64,000 bases of DNA, from IMG/VR virus record IMGVR_UViG_3300033120_000574, positions 75,129 to 139,128 of that record. The stretch is one strand, 5' to 3'. The translations under genes were made by a program, and so were the position numbers. Positions within the stretch are counted from its first letter, which is position 1. Each line of letters starts with the position of its first letter. Below are positions 49,132 through 58,559 of the stretch, piece by piece. This DNA comes from a virus. Its lineage: Duplodnaviria; Caudoviricetes. The notes beneath the pieces are model-generated. The model worked only from the letters and a program-made list of their open reading frames with translations. It was not told where the DNA came from and did no database searches.

Positions 49132-49203
49132 AGTGACTGACGGGAATTGAACCCGCTAATACCTGATTCACAATCAAGCGCTTGGCCATTTAGCTTCAGC
49201 CAC
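49132..49203 (-). tRNA. tRNA-His(GUG)
   Basis: Loop TT-GTG-AA. Confidence 0.85.
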
Positions 49204-49204
49204 A

Positions 49205-49275
49205 CGCTCCATAGGGGAATCGAACCCCTCTCAACTTGGAGACAACAAGTCCGCAACCCAGTTGCGCAATGGAGC
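49205..49275 (-). tRNA. tRNA-Asp(GUC)
   Basis: Loop TT-GTC-TC (U37). Confidence 0.75.
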
Positions 49276-49330
49276 AGGCACGGCATCTTACTTTTTTGGG
49301 GTGCGTCAGCTAGCCGTAATCGACCCACAG

Positions 49331-49403
49331 TGCCATCGACTGGACTCGAACCAGCATTTATGTCCGGTTAAAAGCCGGGTACCAACCTTTAGGTGACGAT
49401 GGC
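49331..49403 (-). tRNA. tRNA-Lys(UUU)
   Basis: Loop CT-TTT-AA. Confidence 0.85.
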
Positions 49404-49406
49404 AAA

Positions 49407-49481
49407 TCCAAGCAGAAGGAATCGAACCTGTCAATCTCTCGCTTATCAGGCAAGCGTATATAACCACTATACTATGCTTGG
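49407..49481 (-). tRNA. tRNA-Ile(GAU)
   Basis: Loop CT-GAT-AA. Confidence 0.85.
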
Positions 49482-49486
49482 GTTAG

Positions 49487-49558
49487 TCCAGCTAAGAAGA
49501 TTCGAACTTCTATTGTCCTGTACCCAAAACAGGTGGGTTACCGTTACCCTATAGCTAG
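49487..49558 (-). tRNA. tRNA-Pro(UGG)
   Basis: Loop TT-TGG-GT. Confidence 0.85.
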
Positions 49559-49564
49559 ATGAAA

Positions 49565-49649
49565 TGCCCCATGGAAGGAATCGAACCTCACAGCCTAACG
49601 GCACGTGGTTTACAGCCACGGGGATGTTCCAACATCCGGATCACAGGAC
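49565..49649 (-). tRNA. tRNA-Tyr(GUA)
   Basis: Loop CT-GTA-AA; long variable arm. Confidence 0.8.
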
Positions 49650-49653
49650 AAAG

Positions 49654-49726
49654 TGCAACCTACTGGAATCGAACCAATTTGTCTTGTTCTTCAGACAAGC
49701 GCATTAACCATAATTGCTTAGGTTGC
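49654..49726 (-). tRNA. tRNA-Phe(GAA)
   Basis: Loop CT-GAA-GA. Confidence 0.85.
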
Positions 49727-49731
49727 ATTGA

Positions 49732-49806
49732 CTGGGACGGCAGGAGTCGAACCTGCAATCACTATATTAACAGTATAGCCGTCGCGCCGATATGACGAAC
49801 ATCCCA
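49732..49806 (-). tRNA. tRNA-Asn(GUU)
   Basis: Loop CT-GTT-AA. Confidence 0.85.
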
Positions 49807-49821
49807 ATAATCTAACTCTTA

Positions 49822-49838
49822 TTCAGTTTTCAAAAAGT
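49822..49838 (-). promoter_or_regulatory. rrn-type boxA-like antitermination site
   Basis: ACTTTTTGAAAACTGAA, resembling rrn leader boxA (GTTCTTTGAAAACT); near the 5' end of the RNA operon. Confidence 0.55.
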
Positions 49839-49913
49839 TTCCAGGGTAGGATTCGAACCTACGACCATCAGTTTCAAAGACTGAGTACACGTGCCAGCAG
49901 CGTAGACCTGGAA
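49838..49913 (-). tRNA. tRNA-Gln(UUG)
   Basis: Loop CT-TTG-AA. Confidence 0.85.
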
Positions 49914-49914
49914 G

Positions 49915-49987
49915 TGGTAACGAAGGGAATCGAACCCTCTATGGCTTGCTTAAGAGGCAAGTGCTTATCCAGTTTAGCTTCGTTACC
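49915..49987 (-). tRNA. tRNA-Lys(CUU)
   Basis: Loop CT-CTT-AA. Confidence 0.9.
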
Positions 49988-50016
49988 AAGAAGTAAGAGA
50001 ACATCTTACTTCGGAT

Positions 50017-50045
50017 ATGCTATCACTTATCTTTTTCGTTGTCAA
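50017..50045 (-). promoter_or_regulatory. Promoter of the tRNA operon
   Basis: TTGACA-17nt-TAGCAT with extended TG; leader hairpin at 49990-50012. Confidence 0.65.
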
Positions 50046-50424
50046 GAGAAATCGTAGCTAGGCGCTTTCTAGTATTCTCTATTCGCTTTGCTAGCCTGGA
50101 GTAGCCTAGTATGACTACTTTTGGCAGACCTGAGTCTTTTGTCAAGGCCAATTTGTCGGAGACAACACGAAGCATGTCAGGTACACGTGTAAACGAAGGC
50201 TCAGCTAAGAAGATGCAGGCTGCTGCCAACTCACCACTCAAAGCATCCACCAAGTTCTCCAGTTCGTCAAGGTCAGGATTCTCTTTTGTTGTCATCCCGG
50301 TATCTGCAAACATCTGGTGTAATGCTTGTGCAAACGCAACTGCGTCAGCTGCATACTCCAAAGCTTCCTTACTTGGAGAAGATGACTCTAGAGACTCTAT
50401 GATCTTGGAATAATTATCACTCAT
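50023..50424 (-). CDS. Hypothetical protein
   Basis: 133 aa, helical; promoter TTGCCA-17-TAAGGT upstream. Confidence 0.6.
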   Translation of the reverse strand: MSDNYSKIIESLESSSPSKEALEYAADAVAFAQALHQMFADTGMTTKENPDLDELENLVDALSGELAAACIFLAEPSFTRVPDMLRVVSDKLALTKDSGLPKVVILGYSRLAKRIENTRKRLATISLDNEKDK

Positions 50425-50611
50425 GATGCTTCTGGTGTTACCTTAGCTGGAAAACAGTCAGCTGGCAAGGAGCTAGCTACAACTCCCTCAATATATGCTG
50501 ATACGCTAACACTCTGCTTCTCACAGTGAGTGCGTACTGCAGTGAGCACGTCAGGGTCAACAGTGATGGATGTACGAACTTTGGTTTCTTTCTTACTCAT
50601 TTATACCTCTA

Positions 50612-51025
50612 CTATAGTTGCTTCAGCCAATACAAAGCTTCTTCTCCACCCCAACGCCACTGTGGGATGTACAATAGAAAGCCGCATTTTATCAAATTGT
50701 TGCTTGAATGAGGATTTGCCAACACTGTGTATGTGACAGCTTGTTGCATTCCTTGTTTCTTAGCCCAACGCAGTCTTGCATTTATTAGTTTGCCTTGCAA
50801 ACCTTTTCCACGCCAAGCAGGTAAAACTCCTGCTCTGCAAAGAAACGCCAAATTACCGTCAAGCAACTTTACGCCAGCATAAGCAACTGGCTTATCATCT
50901 TCGTATGCAATCCACCAATGAACATCATTTGTTACAACAGGCTGATCCTGTGCATAGTCAAATACAGTCGCATCAAGTATCACTACTTGATTTATGTTGT
51001 TGACCTTGCGAATAGAGATGGCCAC
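50612..51025 (-). CDS. GNAT acetyltransferase
   Basis: 'AGVLPAWRGKGLQGKL...N..S..NLIKCGF'. Confidence 0.85.
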   Translation of the reverse strand: MAISIRKVNNINQVVILDATVFDYAQDQPVVTNDVHWWIAYEDDKPVAYAGVKLLDGNLAFLCRAGVLPAWRGKGLQGKLINARLRWAKKQGMQQAVTYTVLANPHSSNNLIKCGFLLYIPQWRWGGEEALYWLKQL

Positions 51026-51034
51026 AGGGTAACC

Positions 51035-51823
51035 TCAAATGTTCCCGTCATACACTTTGCCGTTGTAAGCAAAATGTCCATCATTCATGATTACAAGATA
51101 TGGACTAGCAAAACACTTGTCTGGTCCATAGAGTTCAAGAATTGTGAAACCTCTCTGCCAATCAGGGTCGTTGTTATACTCGTGGTCTCCTGTCATGCAA
51201 GGATTTGCCACAGCAATCGCAGTCTTTCCTAGCGCAGTCTGGCAGTGAATCTGTGCCTTGTGGTGATGTCCAAACACTTCGGAGGTGCCCATGGTCTTTG
51301 TAAGTCTGCTGGCTGCCAGGTGCTTTCCTGCACCAAAGCGAGCAGCTTGGTTGTGCCCGTGTCGGAGAACGAATGGACCACAACGAACACCCTTATTGAC
51401 AGTATCTTCACGAACCCATTTGATACCATCAGCCATTCCTTGGCTTTCACACTGTTCTCGGAGGGTTAGACCAATAGCACCCTTCAAGGCAACCGGAACT
51501 GCTCCAAGCACAGCTTTGGACCAACGTTCGTCATGGTTTCCTTCTACAACCACAATTTCACCAGCTTCTTTAGAAAGTGCATTCACTTCCTTTACGAAAG
51601 TCTTGATTTGTGGAATTGCGTTTATTGGAGCATGTTGATCTTGAACGTAACGACTAAGCATGCCCAAGTCTACAAAGTCACCGAGAATCACAGTCTTCGC
51701 TGGGCGTGTAACTGCATGCCACTTTCGGAAAGCGCGCCATGTAGGTTCATGATGTAAGTCAAAGTGAATGTCACTAACAATGGCAATCACGTTTGAATTT
51801 TTGGAAACAGCACTTTTACCCAT
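51035..51823 (-). CDS. Calcineurin-like metallophosphoesterase
   Basis: SDIH, GDFVD, GNHD, HGH, GHHH motifs. Confidence 0.9.
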   Translation of the reverse strand: MGKSAVSKNSNVIAIVSDIHFDLHHEPTWRAFRKWHAVTRPAKTVILGDFVDLGMLSRYVQDQHAPINAIPQIKTFVKEVNALSKEAGEIVVVEGNHDERWSKAVLGAVPVALKGAIGLTLREQCESQGMADGIKWVREDTVNKGVRCGPFVLRHGHNQAARFGAGKHLAASRLTKTMGTSEVFGHHHKAQIHCQTALGKTAIAVANPCMTGDHEYNNDPDWQRGFTILELYGPDKCFASPYLVIMNDGHFAYNGKVYDGNI

Positions 51824-52065
51824 TAAGCAATCCTTTTCTGTGAACTACTATCCGTAGTTAGGCGTTCCCACAAATCATGAACGGTTTTGACATAAGCAGC
51901 TGGCAATGTCTCAGGGTCAGGAAGTTCTAAAGCCATCTTTGGCTTTGCTTTCCAGCAATCCTTTGGATCTTGCTTAAGTGCTTTGGCACAAGTCCAACCA
52001 CAGCTTTTCTGTCTGCTGTCTTTTGTAGAATACTGTTTACCGCATTGAATACAATGTTTTAGCAT
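51823..52065 (-). CDS. Small Zn-finger protein
   Basis: MLKHCIQCGK...CGWTC; TTGACA-17-CATACT promoter upstream. Confidence 0.6.
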   Translation of the reverse strand: MLKHCIQCGKQYSTKDSRQKSCGWTCAKALKQDPKDCWKAKPKMALELPDPETLPAAYVKTVHDLWERLTTDSSSQKRIA

Positions 52066-52121
52066 TGTGTCACATCCTAGTAATAACAGTATGCAGCATA
52101 CTACTGGGGTGTCAAGCACTC

Positions 52122-52409
52122 TTACTTCTTAACTACACGTAAGTTGCTGTATGAATCTTTAACACCACGTCGCATCGCACGAAGGGTTATAGCAATGCCC
52201 TCTATTTCCTGCGCAGCTTTCTCAGTCTTAGCTGTTTCAGTTATACCTACTGCAAGTTCAGCATCGCCTATACGTCTAGACAACCTGCCAACTTCTTCGT
52301 TAAGTTTGGTTAAACTAGCCAACAGTTTATTGCTCTGTTCCTGCACCATGTGCAGGCGGTTGTAATAAACTCTGATTTCCTCAGTAAGTCTGTGAATTTC
52401 ATCAGTCAC
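52122..52409 (-). CDS. Coiled-coil hypothetical protein
   Basis: 95 aa with heptad pattern. Confidence 0.6.
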   Translation of the reverse strand: MTDEIHRLTEEIRVYYNRLHMVQEQSNKLLASLTKLNEEVGRLSRRIGDAELAVGITETAKTEKAAQEIEGIAITLRAMRRGVKDSYSNLRVVKK

Positions 52410-52779
52410 GGGAATCCTTGCTTGTGTAATTTGCCAAACGCTTATCTAGCTTCTCAAGAAGAGTCATTACATTCTCAATTTGAGTAGATAGTCGCATAAC
52501 AGCTTCTTTGCTCGCTAAGGAATCCAGACGTTCTTCAAGTCGTGCCAAACCTTCTTTAGTTGCATACTCACGACGTACTGAGTCTTCCGTGTCTTTTACA
52601 GCTTCCTGAATGGCTTTACGTACTGCCTCTGTGTCAGGACGATTTCTAATGGCATGGTCTAATGCCTTCTCTAGCGCAGGCTCCATATCTTGGTGAATCT
52701 TACGAGTAAGAACCCAAGGTAGAAACACGGCACAGATAATTGATATGAACGGAGCTACGTTTGACCATTCTATTACCAT
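52402..52779 (-). CDS. Membrane-anchored coiled-coil protein (possible holin-like)
   Basis: N-terminal TM helix plus coiled coil. Confidence 0.5.
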   Translation of the reverse strand: MVIEWSNVAPFISIICAVFLPWVLTRKIHQDMEPALEKALDHAIRNRPDTEAVRKAIQEAVKDTEDSVRREYATKEGLARLEERLDSLASKEAVMRLSTQIENVMTLLEKLDKRLANYTSKDSRD

Positions 52780-52782
52780 AAA

Positions 52783-53133
52783 TCATCCTTGTAGGCTTAC
52801 AACAAAGCATTCATATGCGGCTGCACCATCTGCAGCTTCGGCATACACGTATACACTGTTTGCATCAGGCACAAACGGAATGGCAGACCAAGGACCATAC
52901 ACAATATCACGCGTAGGGTCTACGGAAGCAGCTACAGCTTTTGCACTAGAAAAACGTACGCGTACACCAGCAGCACCAACGTAGAGAATGTACATGTGAC
53001 CTAAACGCAATTTAACTGCAGTAGAACTTTCAGTTGTACCAGTTCCGGCCAAACGTTGAGGCGTGCGATGACCAGGAGTACCTGCATCAGCCAAAGGTGC
53101 GACGGGTATTAGATTTTTGAATAGTCCGAACAT
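52783..53133 (-). CDS. Small beta-rich hypothetical protein
   Basis: 116 aa with AAGGA RBS. Confidence 0.55.
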   Translation of the reverse strand: MFGLFKNLIPVAPLADAGTPGHRTPQRLAGTGTTESSTAVKLRLGHMYILYVGAAGVRVRFSSAKAVAASVDPTRDIVYGPWSAIPFVPDANSVYVYAEAADGAAAYECFVVSLQG

Positions 53134-53218
53134 TTGATTCCTTTGGGTATGAGAAAGCCCAGCACACTTATTCTAGCGTACTGGGCAGTCAAGTCAATCT
53201 AAGTATGGTTTATACTTA

Positions 53219-56200
53219 TTATAAAGACGATGCAGTCAAGTCTACAACCTCACAAAAACCACCTGAACAAGCCAACGTCTGTGTACCAGACGTTGAATCT
53301 TCTAGTTCGAATTCTTTAAGTTTACTCCAATCAAAAGAAGTAGGCATCTTTGCCAACAAAACATCATATTGTTCCTTTGTAATAGCTTCATATGGTGCTT
53401 GGGCGTAAGTGTGGTCATTGCTAGGCAAAAAAGACACACCAGAGCAGGTATCGAAGTTGTTCCAAATCCAGTTACCTACTTCCAAAAATTCAGAGTCGGT
53501 ATAATACACAGTAATGGATGGTTTGTGTTCACACCAGTGCTCTTGATACATTGACCACAAGCGCAACTGATGCATCGCACCTACATCTGCGACGACCGTT
53601 GCTGTATCTGGACTTTTCATTGGAAATGAAAACACAAATACATCTTCAGGTTTCATGCTATCTGGTTCACAAGGAAACAATCCAGAGTCTCGCATCATAG
53701 TAGCCAGTGGATCTCTTTGATCCGCACGGACACGACGAATGTAATACTTGCTGAATCGAGGATGGATTCCACTAGAAGAATCCACCAGCTGGGACACGGT
53801 ATTGTGGCTCTTTACAGCGCCAGCATAGTACCAGTGTGTGTTTTCTACTTCAACGTCATAAGTAGGAACAACTCGGGACACTTTAGAGGACACAACTTTT
53901 CCAAGGATAGAGGACTTTGTAGAAGTCTCATGATGCCACGCAGAAACATTACTAGCCTTGATGCTGTGCTTCTTAAGCATTTGAATAGAAGTGGGGTCTT
54001 GGATAGCAGTTCCAGACAACAACCACATGTGCTTACTCTCCTGAAAGTTCTTGCCTTTCGAATTTAGAGAACGGCCAATGCCAAGTCCCACTGACCAAGC
54101 AACATCCTGTAGTTGCTTAGCAAAACCATCATACGCAGTGGTGAACATAAACCTAGACACGTTATTAGTAGTTGAGATGCATCCGTCACTGTCTAGAAGA
54201 CCTGCGAAAAAGGCAACAACAGACTCTCTAGACGACTCTCGTATCTTACGAGGTATTGACATAGTTGACTTATCAAATCCATTAGAAATAAACCAGTCAT
54301 AAAGAAATACACTACCCTTTTCTAAAACAAAAGCATTTCTTCCTTCTGAAGCGGGAAGGATGTTACTGTCTACATCGAACAGCTCCTTAAGAACATTTTG
54401 TGCTTTTTCCAAATGTGTAATGTTCTGATCTATGAATCTGATTCTAGACTTGTTAGGAGACAAGCAGCCATCCCCGTATAGGTAACCAATAAGCCACGCC
54501 AGGTTTGGCGTCATGTGAGAAGGTTGTTTTCCTTCAGACTTAACTTGAGCATGATTTTGGTCGATTGGTACTGCCGTGTGTATTAATTCTGCTTCACTTT
54601 CTTTGGAGTAAGAGGTGAGACACACATCTAAGATATCGCCCGGTTGGATGTTTGCAGCAGACACCCAATCGTTAACATCTGTATACTTATGAAGTTTGGA
54701 TCTGTCGTAACGTTGTTTTACAAACCATTTATGGTTTGTAGTTGACTCAACAGTCATACCATAAGACAAAGTCAACTCAATAACAGGCTGTTCTCCGTTA
54801 GCATACGTCTTTGAGATTTTGCTATTGGAGGTTCCTTGAAGAGCCTGCACGTTGCCTTGTACATCACACCAAACACCACTTCCATGTGCCTCCATCAACT
54901 CTTCCAAAGTTAACAGTCCCTTTGATGTAGACGTAAGAGCGTCCCCTGGTCTACAACCACTAGGCTTGCAACAAGTAATACTTGTGCTTTGGTTTATTCC
55001 AAGTTTTTCACTCCAGACTTTATTTGTGGAAATTGCTACTTCACGCAAGGTATTAAGCCATTCAGGCAGTTCAGCAGCTTCTGGATTGCCCATAATAGGG
55101 TGGTCCATAATACCAGTAAGAGAAACACCAAGAAGAGCCTCCTCTACTGTGTTGCGTTCCCAAACCTTTCTTAAATAGCGAAATGAAGTAAGTGTAGCTT
55201 GCAGAGTTCCAAGAATAGTTGCTTTAACGACTTTGTCTTTTAGCGTGTCTAAAGTATCTGTAGACCGGATCACCACCTCTGACAAGTTACAAAATTGATT
55301 GGGTCTAAGAATTATTTCACTACAGGGATTAGTTCCAAACGAATGGTTTGCGTCACGTCTACCTGTCTTTGCTGCTTGCTTTTGTGAAGCAACCCTACTG
55401 AAGATTCCACGTTCTCCAGACTTAGATTCATACAAAGACTGCCATTCTTTTAGAAATATCTCAAACTCTGGTTTCTCTGTATAACATGCTGAGTTGTTGG
55501 CAAGCTGGCGCTGTTTGTTGTTCTCCCACCATTGTCCAGATTTAGCAAGACGCATACGGTCATCGCTCAAGTTTGATAGACTTATGAGAGCAGATCTACG
55601 TACACCACCTACCACAACGATATCAGCAATCATGCATACCAAGTCATGGCACTCTAAAGAAGAAAGTTTTCTACCAGCTGCTTTCTTGAACATTGTTACA
55701 CAAAACTTAAACAACTTCACAAGAGGCTCTGGACCACTTGCACGTCCGCCAAACGTCTTTAGACGTGCTCCCGCCAAGCGAAGATTCGAAACATCCCATT
55801 TGGGTACGGTACCGTTATACAAAAGAGTAAGTAATTGCCGTAGCGAAGTAGCCCAACCAATCTTGGAATCAGCCACTACAATGGTAGTATCCGAGTCATG
55901 AAAGGTCTCAGCAATATCTGGAAGCTGACTGACGTATTGTCGTTCTACGCTAAAGCCTACTCCAGTACCACACATAAGGATGTACATGATCTCATCAAAC
56001 ACTTTGGGGTTGTCAATGACCGCATAGCTGCAGTTATACCCGGAAACTTGGTCGCGCTCTAGAGCAGGACCAGCGGTCATCAAGCAACGCATAGAAGGCA
56101 TAACTTCAAGGTCGTGAATAGGCGTAAACAGGGCTTCAATCTCTTTGGCAAATGTTGGATGTTTCTTTGCAAAGAATGAAACGTAACGACCAACTGTTTC

Positions 56201-56368
56201 CTTCCACGTCTCGCGGCGTCCCTCATCTTCAAGCCAACGGCTATAGCGTGACAAGTGAATAAATTCAGAATACAAAGGTGTTGCAGTTGAGTCGAACGCT
56301 GTATCCTTCTCTTGTTCTACAATGCTGATAAAGTTCTTATTTGAACGAATTGTGGGAAGCTCTGTCAT
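53219..56368 (-). CDS. nrdJ: Class II (B12-dependent) ribonucleotide reductase with intein
   Basis: 'PSMR', 'YNCS', 'GTGVGFS', 'VGGVRRSA', 'TNPCSE', 'KPSG/T', 'WCEHKPS', C-terminal C...C. Confidence 0.92.
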   Translation of the reverse strand: MTELPTIRSNKNFISIVEQEKDTAFDSTATPLYSEFIHLSRYSRWLEDEGRRETWKETVGRYVSFFAKKHPTFAKEIEALFTPIHDLEVMPSMRCLMTAGPALERDQVSGYNCSYAVIDNPKVFDEIMYILMCGTGVGFSVERQYVSQLPDIAETFHDSDTTIVVADSKIGWATSLRQLLTLLYNGTVPKWDVSNLRLAGARLKTFGGRASGPEPLVKLFKFCVTMFKKAAGRKLSSLECHDLVCMIADIVVVGGVRRSALISLSNLSDDRMRLAKSGQWWENNKQRQLANNSACYTEKPEFEIFLKEWQSLYESKSGERGIFSRVASQKQAAKTGRRDANHSFGTNPCSEIILRPNQFCNLSEVVIRSTDTLDTLKDKVVKATILGTLQATLTSFRYLRKVWERNTVEEALLGVSLTGIMDHPIMGNPEAAELPEWLNTLREVAISTNKVWSEKLGINQSTSITCCKPSGCRPGDALTSTSKGLLTLEELMEAHGSGVWCDVQGNVQALQGTSNSKISKTYANGEQPVIELTLSYGMTVESTTNHKWFVKQRYDRSKLHKYTDVNDWVSAANIQPGDILDVCLTSYSKESEAELIHTAVPIDQNHAQVKSEGKQPSHMTPNLAWLIGYLYGDGCLSPNKSRIRFIDQNITHLEKAQNVLKELFDVDSNILPASEGRNAFVLEKGSVFLYDWFISNGFDKSTMSIPRKIRESSRESVVAFFAGLLDSDGCISTTNNVSRFMFTTAYDGFAKQLQDVAWSVGLGIGRSLNSKGKNFQESKHMWLLSGTAIQDPTSIQMLKKHSIKASNVSAWHHETSTKSSILGKVVSSKVSRVVPTYDVEVENTHWYYAGAVKSHNTVSQLVDSSSGIHPRFSKYYIRRVRADQRDPLATMMRDSGLFPCEPDSMKPEDVFVFSFPMKSPDTATVVADVGAMHQLRLWSMYQEHWCEHKPSITVYYTDSEFLEVGNWIWNNFDTCSGVSFLPSNDHTYAQAPYEAITKEQYDVLLAKMPTSFDWSKLKEFELEDSTSGTQTLACSGGFCEVVDLTASSL
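53801..54955 (-). mobile_element. Intein in NrdJ (385 aa, LAGLIDADG)
   Basis: KPSG/CRPGD...IGYLYGDG...FAGLLDSDG...KSHN/TVSQL. Confidence 0.92.
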
Positions 56369-56388
56369 GTACTAAATCTCCTAAGGAA

Positions 56389-56715
56389 CTATGTTTTATC
56401 AGGATATGTGGCAGTTAAGTGAGCTATCAGCTTTGAAAGCTGTACGCTATCAATCTGCAACAAGGGTTGTTCGATTGCATGTTTGAGGATCTTACACTGT
56501 GTCTTTGTTTTGTGCACGCAAATATCATTCCAAAAATAGTCATTCTCGTTTAGCTTATTGCCTTTGAGAGCAGCTATTAATTCAGGCAGTATATCTTCAA
56601 ACAATGTAAGACCAATAAACCCTTCCTGTTTGAAAACAAAGAAGGGTCTGGTAGTTTCTGTGTCTGGGTGGAAGTCAATGCTGACTGCTGTCATTGCTTC
56701 CAGTCCTCTACACAT
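56389..56715 (-). CDS. Hypothetical protein
   Basis: Coupled ORF; probable start MTAVS. Confidence 0.55.
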   Translation of the reverse strand: MCRGLEAMTAVSIDFHPDTETTRPFFVFKQEGFIGLTLFEDILPELIAALKGNKLNENDYFWNDICVHKTKTQCKILKHAIEQPLLQIDSVQLSKLIAHLTATYPDKT

Positions 56716-57005
56716 TTATCTATACGTTCAATCCATCTCTTCATGTTCAGCATTGTAGAATGCCCTATGTTCAAGAAGTCACCGGAAGGTGTTACTTGTT
56801 GTCCGCCTTTGCTTTCAGCATTAGCCACAGCACGTTCAAACTGGTGTTTGATTTGTCCAAGCATGTCTATGGGTCCAAGGTCTCTACCGCTATATACAAA
56901 CTCACAATTTCCACAGTGCCAGCCTTCAGCTGTCAAGTGACAACCAAAAGCGTTTAAAGTACCTATGGTTATATCATCATTACAGGTAACACATTGGTAT
57001 GTCAT
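56691..57005 (-). CDS. Hypothetical Zn-ribbon protein
   Basis: CVTC...CGNC. Confidence 0.55.
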   Translation of the reverse strand: MTYQCVTCNDDITIGTLNAFGCHLTAEGWHCGNCEFVYSGRDLGPIDMLGQIKHQFERAVANAESKGGQQVTPSGDFLNIGHSTMLNMKRWIERIDKCVEDWKQ

Positions 57006-57259
57006 TCGGTTACTCGGTAATAGGTTATTCCATCATTGCATAGGTAGCCTGTGCGTGCGTCAGGTCTATACCCACGTTCCTCGTAGGAGACAACACGACA
57101 GTCACGTGCACGTGAGAAACGCTCCCATAGCACACTGTTAATATGGCTTTCTCTACTTGCTTCAGCCATTAAGCATCCACCAAAAGCTACACCAACAAAC
57201 ATAACTAAAATTCCACCCCATAACACAATGTGGTCTACTGTACTCATTCTTCTCTCCAA
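57002..57259 (-). CDS. Single-TM membrane protein (paralog 1)
   Basis: TM helix plus 'W..F....C...YLCNDGITYYR'. Confidence 0.65.
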   Translation of the reverse strand: MERRMSTVDHIVLWGGILVMFVGVAFGGCLMAEASRESHINSVLWERFSRARDCRVVSYEERGYRPDARTGYLCNDGITYYRVTE

Positions 57260-57570
57260 TAAGTTACGCCGTCATCGCATAGATAGGCAGTTTGTTCTGG
57301 AATAGTAACACTTACAGTTCCTCCACCTGGGCGTGTACTGAAGGTGTAACCGTGGCCGTGTTGACTATCTCTGTGTTCAATTACATGACAGTTGTGTTGA
57401 TTTGAGAAAACTTGCCATGCAGCGTCTTCTTCCTCAGCTTCCTTCTCAATTTCAATTACAGAGAACACAACCAAGCCGCTAATTAAGAGAACTCCAATAG
57501 CCCCAAAGAATACAACAAGCATATCGTCCTTATCCATATCAACGTCTCCAAGAAGCTTCAGGCTCATCAA
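57244..57570 (-). CDS. Single-TM membrane protein (paralog 2)
   Basis: TM helix plus 'W..F....C...YLCDDGVTYWR'. Confidence 0.65.
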   Translation of the reverse strand: MMSLKLLGDVDMDKDDMLVVFFGAIGVLLISGLVVFSVIEIEKEAEEEDAAWQVFSNQHNCHVIEHRDSQHGHGYTFSTRPGGGTVSVTIPEQTAYLCDDGVTYWREE

Positions 57571-58069
57571 CCAATACAGGATTCATGTGTTCCCAAACTT
57601 CAGGACACTTGAGTACTAGTCCGTATGACTTCCAAACAGGAAGTACGTAAGGGTCATCTTCAAAGAAGACGAAAGAAGTGTTAAATGAGAAGGTAGGTTG
57701 AATCTTCTCTACAAAGCACTTCTTTTTGAAGACAGAAGCGGGTTGGCCAGCATCTGCAGCAGTACGCATATACAAAGCTTCATAGTGAGGCTTCCAACCC
57801 ATATGTGTCTTCAACCACTCTTCAGTAACATCTTTATGTGTTTCATTTCTGCCAGTTAAGAACACTATAGTGTAACCGTGGTTGCGCATATAGTTCAAAA
57901 CATCTAGGGCATGCTGTTGTGGAGAATCCAACAACATCAAAGTCTTGTCTAGAAACTTATCCCAGCATTCCTTTGGAATCTTGCCATTTTCATCTTTAAC
58001 TAGATGAAATGCACGATGGTCGTTGTTCGCAATGGTAGTGTCAATGTCAATGATACAAACGGTTGTCAT
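57539..58069 (-). CDS. HAD phosphatase (polynucleotide kinase 3'-phosphatase-like)
   Basis: DIDTT, LTGR, K, FEDD motifs. Confidence 0.85.
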   Translation of the reverse strand: MTTVCIIDIDTTIANNDHRAFHLVKDENGKIPKECWDKFLDKTLMLLDSPQQHALDVLNYMRNHGYTIVFLTGRNETHKDVTEEWLKTHMGWKPHYEALYMRTAADAGQPASVFKKKCFVEKIQPTFSFNTSFVFFEDDPYVLPVWKSYGLVLKCPEVWEHMNPVLVDEPEASWRR

Positions 58070-58115
58070 GAGTGTTACCTTAGCTGAGAACGACCATCGT
58101 GCAATCGGTTTAGTG

Positions 58116-58556
58116 TTACTTCTTCAGTTCCGCAAGCTGTGCTTCCAAAGCCTTGATTTTATCTGCCTTCTGTGAGGAAGAGATAGCTTGAATCTCCATT
58201 TCCCACTTTTTCAAGTCTGCTTGGTATTGCACTAAGCAAAGAGCTTTCGCAGCATCCAGTTCTTCAGCAGTCAGTTTCTTAGTGACATCAACTTGCATAC
58301 GAACGTAACAATCTTCAGATTGCAAGAACTTGACATTGATGTTGTCACTTGTCTTCTTCTCATCCATGAAAGCCACAACTTGCTTCAGTTCATCACGACT
58401 TAAGTCAGTAGCAATCTCATCATTCTCATGGTCATAAACTACTACGTCTTTTTCTAGCTTAAAAACAAGTCCACCATATTGTCTAACCAAAACATACTGA
58501 GTTACTTCATAACTAGCTACTTTGGCACATTCAGGCTTTTTAGGTAATCTAGGCAT
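58116..58556 (-). CDS. Hypothetical protein
   Basis: 146 aa ORF. Confidence 0.6.
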   Translation of the reverse strand: MPRLPKKPECAKVASYEVTQYVLVRQYGGLVFKLEKDVVVYDHENDEIATDLSRDELKQVVAFMDEKKTSDNINVKFLQSEDCYVRMQVDVTKKLTAEELDAAKALCLVQYQADLKKWEMEIQAISSSQKADKIKALEAQLAELKK

Positions 58557-58559
58557 TTC

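Noticed and set aside
44832-49795. Short ORFs overlapping tRNAs (e.g. 44927, 45131, 45980, 46825, 48787, 49107, 49559)
   Set aside because: Translations of tRNA sequence (IEP/RIEL from T arms)
36548-57570. C-terminal W-R-R/W-R-E/W-K-Q endings as a second peptide motif
   Set aside because: Explained by TGGAG/TGGAA Shine-Dalgarno-like overlaps with the next gene in unrelated proteins
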